Assembly (NCBI RefSeq): GCF_001194135.2
Contig: NC_068984.1
Coordinates: 83,419,430 to 83,483,429 of the forward strand
Direction of reading: 5' to 3'
DNA from: Octopus bimaculoides
Taxonomy: Eukaryota
DNA length: 64,000 bases
In this document: one piece after another, positions 42,039-55,400 of the stretch
How positions within the stretch are numbered: position 1 is the first letter of the stretch
Layout of the letters: each line of letters opens with the position of its first letter
Position numbers and translations under genes: made by a program
Notes under the pieces: model-generated
Databases searched by the model: none
Seen by the model: only the letters and a program-made list of their open reading frames with translations
Told to the model about the DNA's origin: nothing

Positions 42039-43754
42039 CGTGCGCGTGTGTCTGCATCTATGAAGATATCTATCATTACAAAGCGTTATACATTGAAAAA
42101 AACACAAGCAGAAATATGAGATCGTGGGACAAGCACACACACAAACACACAGGCGCAGATACACACACGTATACCAGCGCAGAGATGCAGGACATCCGTT
42201 CCAAGTAGTGTTTGAGATGGTTTGGGATGGTTATTTTAGCTATGACTATAAATAACTAAAAATATACAGCTGTCACACATTCACACACACACGTGTGTGT
42301 GTGTGTACATACATTTATATCTACATATTTATACATATATATATATATATATAATTAACATAATATGGTAAAAATTCGATATTAATTAATATCAATTTAA
42401 TACCAGGAAACTAGCACATTAAAAGAATCAGAAGGTTCATGAAAAATTTTTTTTCGAGATCCTAAAAAGATTATAGTACTTGTGTATATAAGATTGACCA
42501 GTGACCGGTCTGTCAATATGCTAGAAGCTCACTTTAAAAATTCTCAAATACGGATTCAGCGGAGCAAATCCGTATTTGAGAATTTTTTAAGTGAGCTTCT
42601 TCTAGCANNNNNNNNNNNNNNNNNNNNNNNNNNNNNNNNNNNNNNNNNNNNNNNNNNNNNNNNNNNNNNNNNNNNNNNNNNNNNNNNNNNNNNNNNNNNN
42701 NNNNNNNNNNNNNNNNNNNNNNNNNNNNNNNNNNNNNNNNNNNNNNNNNNNNNNNNNNNNNNNNNNNNNNNNNNNNNNNNNNNNNNNNNNNNNNNNNNNN
42801 NNNNNNNNNNNNNNNNNNNNNNNNNNNNNNNNNNNNNNNNNNNNNNNNNNNNNNNNNNNNNNNNNNNNNNNNNNNNNNNNNNNNNNNNNNNNNNNNNNNN
42901 NNNNNNNNNNNNNNNNNNNNNNNNNNNNNNNNNNNNNNNNNNNNNNNNNNNNNNNNNNNNNNNNNNNNNNNNNNNNNNNNNNNNNNNNNNNNNNNNNNNN
43001 NNNNNNNNNNNNNNNNNNNNNNNNNNNNNNNNNNNNNNNNNNNNNNNNNNNNNNNNNNNNNNNNNNNNNNNNNNNNNNNNNNNNNNNNNNNNNNNNNNNN
43101 NNNNNNNNNNNNNNNNNNNNNNNNNNNNNNNNNNNNNNNNNNNNNNNNNNNNNNNNNNNNNNNNNNNNNNNNNNNNNNNNNNNNNNNNNNNNNNNNNNNN
43201 NNNNNNNNNNNNNNNNNNNNNNNNNNNNNNNNNNNNNNNNNNNNNNNNNNNNNNNNNNNNNNNNNNNNNNNNNNNNNNNNNNNNNNNNNNNNNNNNNNNN
43301 NNNNNNNNNNNNNNNNNNNNNNNNNNNNNNNNNNNNNNNNNNNNNNNNNNNNNNNNNNNNNNNNNNNNNNNNNNNNNNNNNNNNNNNNNNNNNNNNNNNN
43401 NNNNNNNNNNNNNNNNNNNNNNNNNNNNNNNNNNNNNNNNNNNNNNNNNNNNNNNNNNNNNNNNNNNNNNNNNNNNNNNNNNNNNNNNNNNNNNNATATA
43501 GTCAATTCAAACATGAACAAACAAGAAAAAACACGGAAAAAAAACACGAGAAGACAACGCGAGTACGTGGAATAAGTACGGTGATATTGGACGCTCAGGA
43601 AAGGATACATACATATATACATTTCGTATATACATATATGCACATACGCACAAATGCACGTTCGTGTGTGGGTGTGGGTGTGCGTGTGTGTGCAGTTGTA
43701 TAGACGTCTTTATTTTCTTTGTATATAAATATTCATATTCCGTTATTCATATGC

Positions 43755-44110
43755 ATAGACAGACAGACAGACAGACAGATAGATACATACATACATACAT
43801 ACATACACACATATATACATACATACATACATGCATACATACATACATACATACATACATACATACATGCATGCATACACACACATACATACATACATAC
43901 ATACACGCATGCATGCATGCATACATACNNNNNNNNNNATGCATGCATACACACACATACATACATACATACATACACGCATGCATGCATGCATACATAC
44001 ATACATACATACATGCGCACATACATACATACATACATACATACATACATACATACATACATACATACATACATACATACATACATGCATATATACATAC
44101 ATACATATAA
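43755..44110 (+). repeat. (ACAG)n/(ATAC)n compound microsatellite
   Basis: Read directly. Confidence 0.9.
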
Positions 44111-45530
44111 AGATACATACATATTTACGCTCGGCTTAAAACCGCCACTGAGATCTTGTGTGCCTTTAGCATCCCAAGATTCCTGTCCGCGAAAAGTTCC
44201 TTTCCTTCTGTCACAAATCTCAGAGGCTGCTGAGCAAAGAACATGTGGAGGAGGGGCTAGTTTTCCCCCGAAGCATAGATATACGCACACACATATATAC
44301 ATGTGTGTGTGTGTGTGTTTAATAAACACGCGCGCGCACACACCGACACACAAACACACATGTTTAACTTTGCACCATGGGACTCGCAAATTCAGCAGAT
44401 GTCGATTAGAGATCACAAAAATTATGGCACCTTCCAACAGTATCACTTCCTCTTCCAATTCCAAGCAAAATTGATGCTACAAGAAAATTCACGGGCCCTA
44501 CATTACAGCATACTATACCTAAGTACACTCGTTATCCATACAACTGGCGTTGGATTGGATCGGATTGCTCGTGTTCAGTCCACTGCAGGACAAGGACCTC
44601 GTCATGTTCTCTACACTAACCACGGTCCGATGTGGAGGCCGTGAATTAAAACTTGATATCATGCTAGTTTGATGACCCTATTCTGCTAACCTGGCTCGAC
44701 ATTGCTTGGTAGATAGAAGCCTTCTCTACACTCATACAACGAGCAAACTAAACTAAGTTATAGTCAGCTTCAACTACTCTGACAGTCATCAACTATTTTG
44801 TTTTACTACTCGTTCAGTTCTTCACTCCTAGATTTCTCGTATGTCCCCGAGTACTCAAGTTCAAGTTCTGCTGACAGCATCTTTGCCCTTCACCGTTTCT
44901 AGGTCGATAAAAAGCGGTGGATTAGCAAAACTTTAAGAACTTGCAGTGTTCGTTTCGGATCTTTGTGTTCCGAGATCAGATTTCACCCTTGCCTACATGG
45001 GTGGTAAACTTAGTACGTCGCCCAGTTTAACCAACCCTACGTGGCACCTTAGATACTTCTGGTTGAATCTACACTGTTGCCAGTATTTGGGTCAGCTCTC
45101 CGGATTAGGGATACTGCCCTCCATCTGAAAGCCTTGTAAAAGTTCATAGACATTGCCTTCCCTCCTAACAATAAAATTAAAATAATATCCACGATAAGGC
45201 ATTCTCTGTATCCCTCTGTAAATTCATAAATCACTGCTCTTTTATCCTTTCAAGCCGGACATGTGGATCTAGCTACATATCCACGATATTCCATTTCTAC
45301 AGGAAGCACAAGCCGAAGCCTTTTCTTCTATAACTTTCAAAGTCCCTCGTATTCGAGCCTTTTTTTTTTTTTCATCCCTACCAATTATTAGCTTTTCAAG
45401 AAGCCGCCAAATCAAAATCAGGACCATGTCATAATAAACAGGGCGTTGCTTCGCTATTGCAATATGACGTGCGTACGTGCATAAGTGTATATAATATGTA
45501 TGTGTGTACATGCACATATGTGCATGATTA

Positions 45531-45608
<78 letters not shown>

Positions 45609-45701
45609 TACATACGTACATACATACAAACAAATATATATACATACATACATACATGCACGCATATACACATATATGTATATATTACATATTACATAGA
45701 C

Positions 45702-45747
<46 letters not shown>

Positions 45748-46180
45748 GTTGTAGTTATTCTTATCTCCAGTTCAGCCACGGTCGAGCAGGCCAATAATCA
45801 AACTCATTCTAGTCGTGACTATCCCGTCTCTTCAGACCATTTATCTCAAGTTACGATATCCACGTTATCCAATATGTCCCATTTTTAAAAGATAGATTCG
45901 ATAACGTGGATAAAGGACTGTAAGTCAGACTTATGGTTTAAATGAGATTTTGTTGCTATTTCTAGCATGTCTCGAAACCACGTTGTTGAACTAAACTTCT
46001 ACTCGTTAGTCAGAAAGGGCAACCACGAACCATTGCTATATTCAGATGAATATGCAATTGGATATGGCATAGCGAAATCTGCAACCTGGAGGATGTATGT
46101 GTTTGAGTGTCTGAGTTACATATGTGTCTCTTACGTAATGTGATCTATTTATACACCAAAAAATGGTAAAAGACTGAACA

Positions 46181-46224
<44 letters not shown>

Positions 46225-46234
46225 NNNNNNNNNN

Positions 46235-46274
<40 letters not shown>

Positions 46275-46468
46275 GCACGCACATTCACATGCATGGATAT
46301 GTAAGTACATCATATATAAGTGTGTGCATGTGTATATATGTGTATATATATATTTATAGATACATATACATATATATATATATATATATATGTATACATA
46401 TATATGTAAGTGTGTATATATATATATATACTTATAAATATATATGCCTACATGCATACATGTGTATT

Positions 46469-46502
<34 letters not shown>

Positions 46503-46568
46503 GCATGGATACATATGTATTTTATATGTGTGTGTATGTATATATATATATATATATATATAAGCATA

Positions 46569-46782
46569 CGAGGGTGGGATTGTAAAGTTTCTCGCATGCC
46601 TCGAAAGACCTGACTGGAGGCCCAACCTTCCGAGTTCTTTTACAGGGCTTAGGAAAACAGAAGGACCGCTGTAATAGGTGTGTGAATCTGAGAGGGGAAT
46701 ATTTTGAATAGAATTGCAATTAACTGATTCTCCTATATTTTTTTTACCAAAAGCCAGAAAATCTTCAGCACCCCCCTCGTGT
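46569..46782 (+). mobile_element. Non-autonomous mariner element
   Basis: TA-flanked imperfect TIRs (ta|cgagggtggg... and ...cccccctcgtg|ta) enclose the transposase C-terminus GLGKQKDRCNRCVNLRGEYFE*. Confidence 0.75.
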
Positions 46783-46811
46783 ATAAATATATATATATAT
46801 ATATATATATG

Positions 46812-46843
<32 letters not shown>

Positions 46844-46974
46844 TGCATATGTATATATGTATGTATGTATGTATGTATGTGTGTGTATGTTTCGTGTATA
46901 TGTATATATATTCACATGTGAGTATATATATATTTATATTTATATATCACACATGTACACACACACACACACAG

Positions 46975-47014
<40 letters not shown>

Positions 47015-47185
47015 ACGCATACATATAACACGGAAAGAGAGAGAGAAAACGAAAGAGAGAATATTCCTTAACGTAACTAAGAGAGGGGAGAATCGTCTTT
47101 TGCTAAATTTAGCCGAACATAGAATACTATCAGACAAGAGAAACGTGATAATGTTNNNNNNNNNNGTGTGTGTGTGTGTGTGTGT

Positions 47186-47228
<43 letters not shown>

Positions 47229-47540
47229 TGTTTTTACTTGTCTGTGCCTGTGTATATGTGAATCTATAAAGAGGAAAAGAGGGAGACATAGATAGATAAA
47301 ATTTACACACACACACATATATGCATGCAATTACACATATACACACCCAAACGCGCGCGTACATGCACGCATAGACACACACAGACATACACACACATAT
47401 ATACACACGCACATGCGTGTGTGTGTGCGTGAATGTGTGTGTGTGTGTGTGTGCGTGAGTATGCGTGTACAATGCACGAATGCATGAGTAAAACATTTCT
47501 TGTTATGCAGGCTAAAAAATTGATAAAATGTCAGTCTTAC

Positions 47541-47757
47541 CTCCAAGATCCTTTTGAATAAGAAAGTTGTTGTCGAAAACCCATTTACAGCTGGAAGAAT
47601 CACAATATGCCCAGAGGCCACGATGATGGTTACCTCCACTGTGAAAGACCGGGTTTCGAAACTCTATCCAGTATGGGGTGGCGAACGATATTACGATCGC
47701 TAGATTGCTGACCACTAAGAAAAACAGAGCTACAATAACCATACATGTCGCCCTCAT
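47541..47757 (-). CDS. First coding exon of a claudin/PMP22/EMP-superfamily tetraspan membrane protein
   Basis: ATG at 47757. Translation MRATCMVIVALFFLVVSNLAIVISFATPYWIEFRNPVFHSGGNHHRGLWAYCDSSSCKWVFDNNFLIQKDLG has an N-terminal TM helix followed by the claudin first-loop motif W-x16-GLW-x2-C-x4-C. It ends at a canonical donor G|GTAAG (intron starts 47540, phase 1; 217 nt). Downstream exons not found. Confidence 0.88.
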
Positions 47758-47868
47758 GGTGTCGTGGTGTTTTTATTTTGTTTTGCTGTAGTTGATGACG
47801 ATGGGGATGATGATGACGATGATCGGATAGATCCAGGTAGTAAGGATAGCCTAAGAGCAATGTGTGAG

Positions 47869-47933
<65 letters not shown>

Positions 47934-48490
47934 TGTCAAAACAGATAAAGGCCGCTCAAAAGACAGGCAACGAGAAAGTAAGATGTATATGTATATATAT
48001 ATGTGTGTGTATGAATATAGAAAGGAGCACTGTTCGGTAGAGTAATGATCGTGAAGGTATAGTGGTAGTGGTAGTGGTGGTGAAGATGAATGTGGTGGCG
48101 GAAGTGGAGATAGTGGAGCAGAAGTTGTATAGCTGATGCCACTACACGAGACCAGACTGAACACAAACCGTGTCTTCAAGATCCACGATTCGCTCGCCTT
48201 AATAACAATCGGCAGCAGCTGTAAGCTAGCAGCGGAAGCGATGATGTGAAGAGGAGGGAGAAAAAATGGAAGCTTGCAAAGGAGGTCGGAGGAAAGAGGG
48301 GTAGCAAGAGGAAGAGGCTATAAGAGTTGTAAAAAACGAGGAAGTTAAGGAGCTGACGGTCGTCGTGTTGTTTGTTGTTCTTGTTGGTGCTGGTGCTGGT
48401 GGTGGTGGTGGTGATGATGGTATGACGGGTAAAGGGTCGTAGAGAGAAATTATGTTGGCTGTGATGCTTCGTGAACAAAAGACGGTCCTA
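47758..48490 (-). promoter_or_regulatory. Putative 5' UTR / upstream region of the claudin-like gene
   Basis: Relatively GC-rich, non-TE sequence directly upstream of the ATG. Candidate acceptors are ttgctcttag at 47851-47852 and ctctctgtttttctcgctattcttag at 48488-48489, with an Inr-like TCAGTC near 48160. Inference only. Confidence 0.3.
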
Positions 48491-48781
48491 AGAATAGCGA
48501 GAAAAACAGAGAGGTGAGGTTGACAGGCGCCAAACGACAAGTTTTCTATGAGTGTGTGCGCGCGCGCGTATGTGCGTTTGTGTACGAAAGGGAAGCTGTG
48601 TAGATAAGTGAAGATAGTAAGAGAGAGAGAGAGAGAGAGAGAGAGTGTGAGAGAGAGTGAGAGAGAAAGAAACGGATGAAGATGAAGAAGATATGAAAGA
48701 CGAAAGCAGCAACAGAAGCAGTAGTAACAACTGCATCATCATCATCATCAACAGCAACAACAGCTGCAGCAAAAGCAACAC

Positions 48782-48819
<38 letters not shown>

Positions 48820-48881
48820 AGAGCAGCAACAGAGTCAGCTGCACAATTATACTGCAGCAGCAGATGTAGCAGCAGCTGCAA

Positions 48882-48912
<31 letters not shown>

Positions 48913-49011
48913 TCTGGCAATGATGCTGATGATGATGATGACGAAGACAACTCCGACGACGAGGATATTTTACACTCACTTTCAAATATAAACACACACA
49001 CACACACATCC

Positions 49012-49043
<32 letters not shown>

Positions 49044-49342
49044 ATAAATATGTATATACATATATATGTACATATATATAACATGTACATCAATACATAT
49101 ATACGCATAGATATACATATATATATATATANNNNNNNNNNNNNNNNNNNNNNNNNNNNNNNNNNNNNNNNNNNNNNNNNNNNNNNNNNNNNNNNNNNNN
49201 NNNNNNNNNNNNNNNNNNNNNNNNNNNNNNNNNNNNNNNNNNNNNNNNNNNNNNNNNNNNNNNNNNNNNNNNNNNNNNNNNNNNNNNNNNNNNNNNNNNN
49301 NNNNNNNNNNNNNNNNNNNNNNNNNNNNNNNNNNNNNNNNNN

Positions 49343-49375
<33 letters not shown>

Positions 49376-49537
49376 ACGCACATATCTACATGGCTACATA
49401 CCTAAATACCTACCCACCTACATACATACATGCACACTTACATACATACATACATACATACACGCATTCATACTCACGCACACATAAAACACTTGCATAG
49501 AATCCCACATACATACATTAATACACACATATTCTAT

Positions 49538-49672
49538 CGGCAAAAAGAGACCGATAGAATAAGTACTAGGCACCCAAAGAATAAGTCCTAGGGTCGATTT
49601 GCTCGACTAAAAGGCGGTGCTCCAGCATGGCCGCAGTCAAATGACTGAAACATGTAAAAGAGTAAAGAGAGT
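49538..49672 (+). mobile_element. SINE family A, tail half
   Basis: cggcaaaaagagaccgatagaataagtactagg...ggcggtgctccagcatggccgcagtcaaatgactgaaacatgtaaaagag. Confidence 0.8.
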
Positions 49673-49842
49673 AACATGAATTTGATTGCTTAAAATCACA
49701 TTCAAACGCACGTATTTCGTATCCTTGCTAACGTTCGGTAACTTGTGCTGTCTTTAGTCAAAACCACATAGCACAGAATTGCCCAGGACTCACACGTGTC
49801 TAAGGGCTTAATGCTTATCTGTGTATATATACTCTCCAGACT

Positions 49843-50174
49843 TAGGGGTTATCAACTATTTTTCATCTATGGATCTCTTTGATTATTAATTTTTTTTTGT
49901 CGGACTCCTACGGCCATTCATTTATAGAAACTGCTTTCAAAATTCCTATTTATTTGTTGTTTATTTTTTTTTTTTATCACACATTACTTTGTGTAGGTCG
50001 AACTATGTAAAATGTTAGAGAAAGAAACCCAACTGTTTCTTGCAATACATACCAATACGCACAGCTAAAGTAAAATTACTGTTATGTATCCCCAATTTAT
50101 TATTTTGCTGTGTGAACCCCCAAAGTCTTATACGGACCCTCAGGGCCCATATGGAGCCCGGTTGAGAACCACAG
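49843..50174. mobile_element. hAT MITE of the same family as 35390
   Basis: Decayed TIRs taggggttatcaac / ggttgagaaccacag; the internal atggatctctttgatt matches the 35390 copy. Confidence 0.75.
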
Positions 50175-50182
50175 CTTTATAC

Positions 50183-50804
50183 CAGTGCTTCTTTTCCACT
50201 TTTTGCCTATGAAACCCTTTGATTCTCATTTTACTCTACTGGTCCCCCATAGCCATTCGATGTATATAAAAAAAAATCCTGCTGTATTTTTATAATTAAA
50301 TACTATTAGGGATTATGCTGGTGGAGGCGCAATGGCCCAGTGGTTAGGGCAGCGGACTCGCGATTATAGGATCGCGGTTTCGATTCCCAGACCGGGCGTT
50401 GTGAGTGTTTATTGAGCGAAAACGCCTAAAGCTCCACGAGGCTCCGGCAGGGGATGCTGGTGAACCCTGCTGTACTCTTTCACCACAGCATTTTCTTACT
50501 TCCTGTTGTGCCTGTAATTCAAAGGGTCAGCCTTGTCACGCTGAATATCCCCGAGAACTACGTTAAGGGTACACGTGTCTGTGGATTGCTCAGCCACTTG
50601 CACGTTAATTTCACGAGCAGGCTGTTCCGTTGATCGGATCGACTGGAACCGTAAGCGACGGAGTGCCAACAACAACAGGGATTATGTCTAACCTATTTTT
50701 TTTAATATTGTGTAAGTATAAGCAATTTATTGCACATAAATTTTAACAACAAAATTTTATATGAAGCCCCAAAGGTTAAATGGACTTCTCGTTGAGAACT
50801 ACTG
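50183..50804. mobile_element. hAT MITE interrupted by SINE family C
   Basis: Begins cagtgcttc and ends gttgagaactactg; internal ccatagccattcgatg...tataattaaa matches the 35390 copy. Split by the 50318-50676 SINE. Confidence 0.75.
50318..50676 (+). mobile_element. Young tRNA-derived SINE family C with a 10-bp target site duplication
   Basis: A box TGGCCCAGTGG, B box GGTTTCGATTCC, (AAC)3 tail. Flanked by perfect AGGGATTATG at 50308-50317 and 50677-50686, and interrupts a hAT MITE. Confidence 0.92.
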
Positions 50805-50910
50805 CTGTAGATTGTATATATGAAGGAGCCCTAGTACATTGCGTTGTCAAGGAGCCTTTAATGCTGTTAAAACGACCTCATTCATTTACACTCAGAATCG
50901 GACATATATC

Positions 50911-51198
50911 AGGCGTGACTGTGTGTTAAGAAGTTTGCTTCCCAACCAACTGGTTGCGGCTTCAGTCCCACAGCATGGCACTTTGAGTAAGTATCTTCTA
51001 CTATAGCCTCGAGCCGACCAAAGCCTTGTGAAACGGAAAACAGTCATCTGACTACGGCCATACTGGAGCACCGCCTTAGAAAGTTTTTAGTCGAAGAAAT
51101 CGACCCCAGAACTTATTCTTTGTAAGCCTAGTACTTATTCTATAGGTCTCTTTTGCCGGATCGCTAAGTTACGGGGACATAAATACATCAGCATCGGT
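50911..51198. mobile_element. Two opposed SINE family A fragments (plus-strand head 50911-51041; minus-strand tail 51042-51198)
   Basis: aggcgtgactgtgtgttaagaagtttgcttcccaacc...ttcagtcccac...ctatagcctcgagccgacc, then cagtcatctgactacggccatactggagcaccgcc...gttacggggacat. Confidence 0.7.
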
Positions 51199-51438
51199 NN
51201 NNNNNNNNNNNNNNNNNNNNNNNNNNNNNNNNNNNNNNNNNNNNNNNNNNNNNNNNNNNNNNNNNNNNNNNNNNNNNNNNNNNNNNNNNNNNNNNNNNNN
51301 NNNNNNNNNNNNNNNNNNNNNNNNNNNNNNNNNNNNNNNNNNNNNNNNNNNNNNNNNNNNNNNNNNNNNNNNNNNNNNNNNNNNNNNNNNNNNNNNNNNN
51401 NNNNNNNNNNNNNNNNNNNNNNNNNNNNNNNNNNNNNN

Positions 51439-51474
<36 letters not shown>

Positions 51475-51561
51475 GCGCATGCATACATAGGACGGCCTAT
51501 GTATGTATGTATGTATGTATATATATATATACATACATACATACATACATACATACATACA

Positions 51562-51593
<32 letters not shown>

Positions 51594-51766
51594 CACTCGC
51601 ACACCCATACACACACACAAGGCATTGGTCGACCTGTGACTGTAATGGAAAGCACTTGCCCAAGATACCGCGCTGTGGGACTGAAACCATAACTACACAG
51701 CCATCCCAGCGTCTTACACACACTCACAAAACGTTTTGACTACCCAAGATGCAGTATATATACACA

Positions 51767-51803
<37 letters not shown>

Positions 51804-52104
51804 CTATATACATATATATGTGCATATACATATATGTATGTGTATCTGTGCATGTGTATACACACAAACACACATACACACATTCATGCAATACATACAT
51901 ACATACCGCACACAAGCACACATACATATTTATATAAGCAGATATTATGCACATAGAAATGAGCTATTCCAAAACACGTATGTATGCATACACAACACTA
52001 TGCTAACAGGCGCAAAAACACACACCCACGCACACTCCCACGTAAATACACACCACATACACACAAACACACACTCACACAAACTACTATGCCAACACAC
52101 GCAC

Positions 52105-52505
52105 ACGCTGAAAACTTGTATGACCATAAACCAGAACATATCCCTAAAAACGACCATGTAAAGGTACTTTGGGATATGAAAATTGAAATGGATAGGCAAA
52201 TAGAACATCCATACCCAGATATTGTTATAGTCAATAAAGAGGAACGAGCGTATTGTTTAATCAATGCCGCTTGTCCCTTTGATATTTGTTTGTGAGACAA
52301 AGAACACGAGAAGATAGAAAAATATCTTCGCTTTAAGTGCGAAATTCAGAGCACTTGGAATTGCAGGAAAATTACTATTATCCCAATTATAAAAAGAATT
52401 TACAGAGACTGAGTTATTGTAGATCAAAATAAATATCCTGACTCTACAAAAAGATTGTTTGCTTAATCCAAGAACAAAACAAAAAAGTGCTGCAAAGTGC
52501 AGTTG
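52105..52505 (+). mobile_element. R4/Dong-clade LINE RLE fragment
   Basis: LYDHKPEHIPKNDHVKVLWDMKIEMDRQIEHPYPDIVIVNKEERAYCLINAACPFD...EKIEKY. Confidence 0.8.
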
Positions 52506-52519
52506 GATATCAAGCAATT

Positions 52520-55400
52520 TATGTTTCCAATTTTCATCCACCTTTTACAAAAGCTACGTAGGGGCCAGCACCTCCCTCTGATCTTCACCGTCCTCTTCAA
52601 GAGAAACTTGAAAAAGTTGATGAGAGCCTGGCCGAGGAGGAATGTGCCTACTTTCACTCATTTCAGTTACACTCACTACAAACTTCTTTCATCATGGCTA
52701 CAAATAAAGAAAAAAAATATCTGCCTTTCCAGGCCAAAAGATGACAATGAGGTACTTTTTTTTACGATAGACTCAGCTGACAGCCGGATTCATCCTACAC
52801 ATGATACAGCTTTTCAACAAAAACTTCAGCCGTTAGCATGTATAACAGTTTCGTCATTCAGCAAGCATATTGAATAGGCCCAGCTAACGGCACTACTGTG
52901 CCTCCAGAGATTGTTTCGAACCAACAACGTCTCCCGCTTGGACCACCATCCAGGAATTTCTGGAAATTATCCATTGTTCCCAGAACAGACCATCCGATTA
53001 CTTCTCGTCGACGACCAGAATTCCTTAAGAATGTCGTCGCCTTCCCTCACCACTAATTCTTAACTGATCCTAACATAGAAATAATAGGCACAATACCGAC
53101 TTGTGAGCACCTAGCAACATTCCATATTCCAGGTATCTAGTTTAAGTCTCTGCCTGGCCTAGAACTGCAGTTCTATCAAAGAGATGAACTGCTGGAGAAA
53201 AGTGCATGACAAAGGACAACCACACATACTCACAATCCAAGAATTTTTGCATATGTCGTAGCCTCAGCGCATGTCTATATATCATCAATCACAAAATGCT
53301 GAGCCATCAGCACATAGGGTATTGGCAGCAGATGGCCCTCTAAGCAGTAGAATGCGTTCCCTCCCCAAGGAGCGAAATGGCATCCGCTGCAATCTGGTCG
53401 GACGAAAATTAGCGTAAGGCACGACGATCTGATGTTAATACATAACTGGTGCAAGGCATACATTCGTCACCTTTCCACAACTTTTCAAGGATAGCGTCCT
53501 CGCAGTTTATAATTATATGATGCTCGTAACCCCATCCTTTTCCTACCCACCTACAAGTTCGAAGTGAGCTAAATCCTAGGCAACAAACGGATCCAATTGT
53601 TCAGTATCCCGTAACTTTACCCGACGACGTGTACCTACCTTTCCAAGCGCCGAAAAGCAAACCCACCGAATTGTCCAGGTCAATCTTTGCTCCTATCACC
53701 ACCTCGTATCTTTGGAACGATGCCGACCACTTAAGATTCTGTCGTGCTCAACACCAATACAGTCTCGTCATTTGCACATGCCGACACGTTTCTCTCGTCT
53801 CCCAGTTCGGTTTGAGATTCAGTACAAAATCAAATCATGATGGCAGGAATACATGATTCGAAATAGTTTCGCTAAGTGTCCATTTAAACCGAGCGAATGT
53901 TGCAGTGCATTGAAATAATTCAACCTCTATAAACAGGATTAAAACAGGTTGCATTGAGAACAGCCGCCAAGTAGCGATGATCAGCACTTGATAGCTTTCG
54001 ATTGATCGAAATTAATCAGAGCCACACTGGCGCTAGGTTTGTAACCCGTCCTTTCAACGAATCGCATGAGGAAAATGTTGTCTTGAATATCAATTATGCT
54101 CCCCTCGCTCGCGTATTTCCTTGTCTGTGCTACCGTTTCTCGGCTTACAGAACTGGAAATTCTCCTGTTCTTCTGGTAGTTGTAGTAGATGTCTGCCAAG
54201 ATGTCGACATATATACGTAAAGCTGTACCCTCCAAACCAAGCGATTTCCTCCTTGCACAATCTATTTTTGTCTTATCGCTACTTCTTTGGTGCACAAGTC
54301 ACTCTCTTCAGGGAGCCCAAGCTCCAGTTACTGACAAATGCTCCAGTCAACATAACTAGTTCGTTAGTTCGATCAGTGTAAGGCTTTGTGCTCTGGGAAC
54401 GACGCATTCAGTTTCCAATAGCCGGGTCATTATCTATGCGTTCCATAAGATCAACTGTGCAGCTCACAAATCTGTAATCTGTGAAACCAACAGTTTTAAA
54501 TTATAGGAATCCTACACTATGTTTGTCCACTGGCCTAACAAATACTCAATTTTAAATACGATTTGAATAGTTCGATGCAATTGCTCTATGCTCACAGTGG
54601 CGCATTCGGGAAATCAAGTCAGCAACTTGAATCTATTAGAGCAGTTTTGCGAGTCACCCACTAACGCTGAAAAACAAGACGTTTCTAAGAAAGTTTTTAG
54701 ACACCTGAAGAAATCTGGACACCCTTCTACTATCAAGGTATAAACATCCGCTAGTTTCAAGGCACGGCTTTCGCTGATGCTCTTGTCCAAAACATCCGAC
54801 TTGTTTTGGTTAACATCAGTTCGAAATCTGAACTTTTCAAAAACATTTCCATCCCATTTTCTGACCCAGGCCTACTAAAAGATACTTCTACTTCGTTGTC
54901 GTAGAAGGTTGTCGGCAAGGTGTGCATTCTTGTAACCGTGATCTCATCGATTGTCACCACACCCGTATTTACTAACCTGAGATCGTTGCGAAAGGGATCG
55001 GCGTCTAAACCTATAAATCCTATTCTAAATATGGTCATGCTGGTCAGAGAAAAGAAAGTGAGAGAGGTAAGATTATCTTGGTCTTCGAAACGGACTGATA
55101 ATCCGGTCATCTCCGTAACTGAGTTCATTGAAAGGTCTCTCTAAAATGCTTTCGTTGATTTTTTTTTGCAGAGGAATCTAATGTCAACAAGAAATTTTGC
55201 TTTCAGTTTCTTGTTGTCTGTGTCTATATGAGTATTAGGTGGTTGACCACTGTTGTCTCTACCGTCCGGTCTGATTTTTAGGTTAGATTAGTCCTTTTTG
55301 CTTGTTCTTCCCTTCGTCCCGAAATAGGCCTCCAGCAATAGCTATATCAACATCGTTGTGGTAGTGGTGGTGGTGGTGAAACCAATGCGGTGTTTTGTTC
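52520..55400 (-). mobile_element. Decayed L1/Tx1-clade LINE (ORF1, end of APE domain, RT, C-terminus)
   Basis: ORF1-like 54757-55128 (LPTTFYDNEVEVSFSR). ORF2 remnants: VGFTDYRFV and GYWKLNASF (APE end), IQDNIFLMRF...ALINFDQSKA, SACANDETV (degenerate AYADD), RYEVVIGAKIDLDNSVGL, and C-terminal ALINFFKFLLKR...KRW. Many stops and frameshifts. Confidence 0.78.

Noticed and set aside
43860-44000. Direct repeat on both sides of a 10-N gap
   Set aside because: Typical contig-overlap artefact.
50318-50395. tRNA-like sequence as a real tRNA gene (also 33475 and 35022)
   Set aside because: A and B boxes are present, but there is no complete cloverleaf and each continues into a SINE body and tail.
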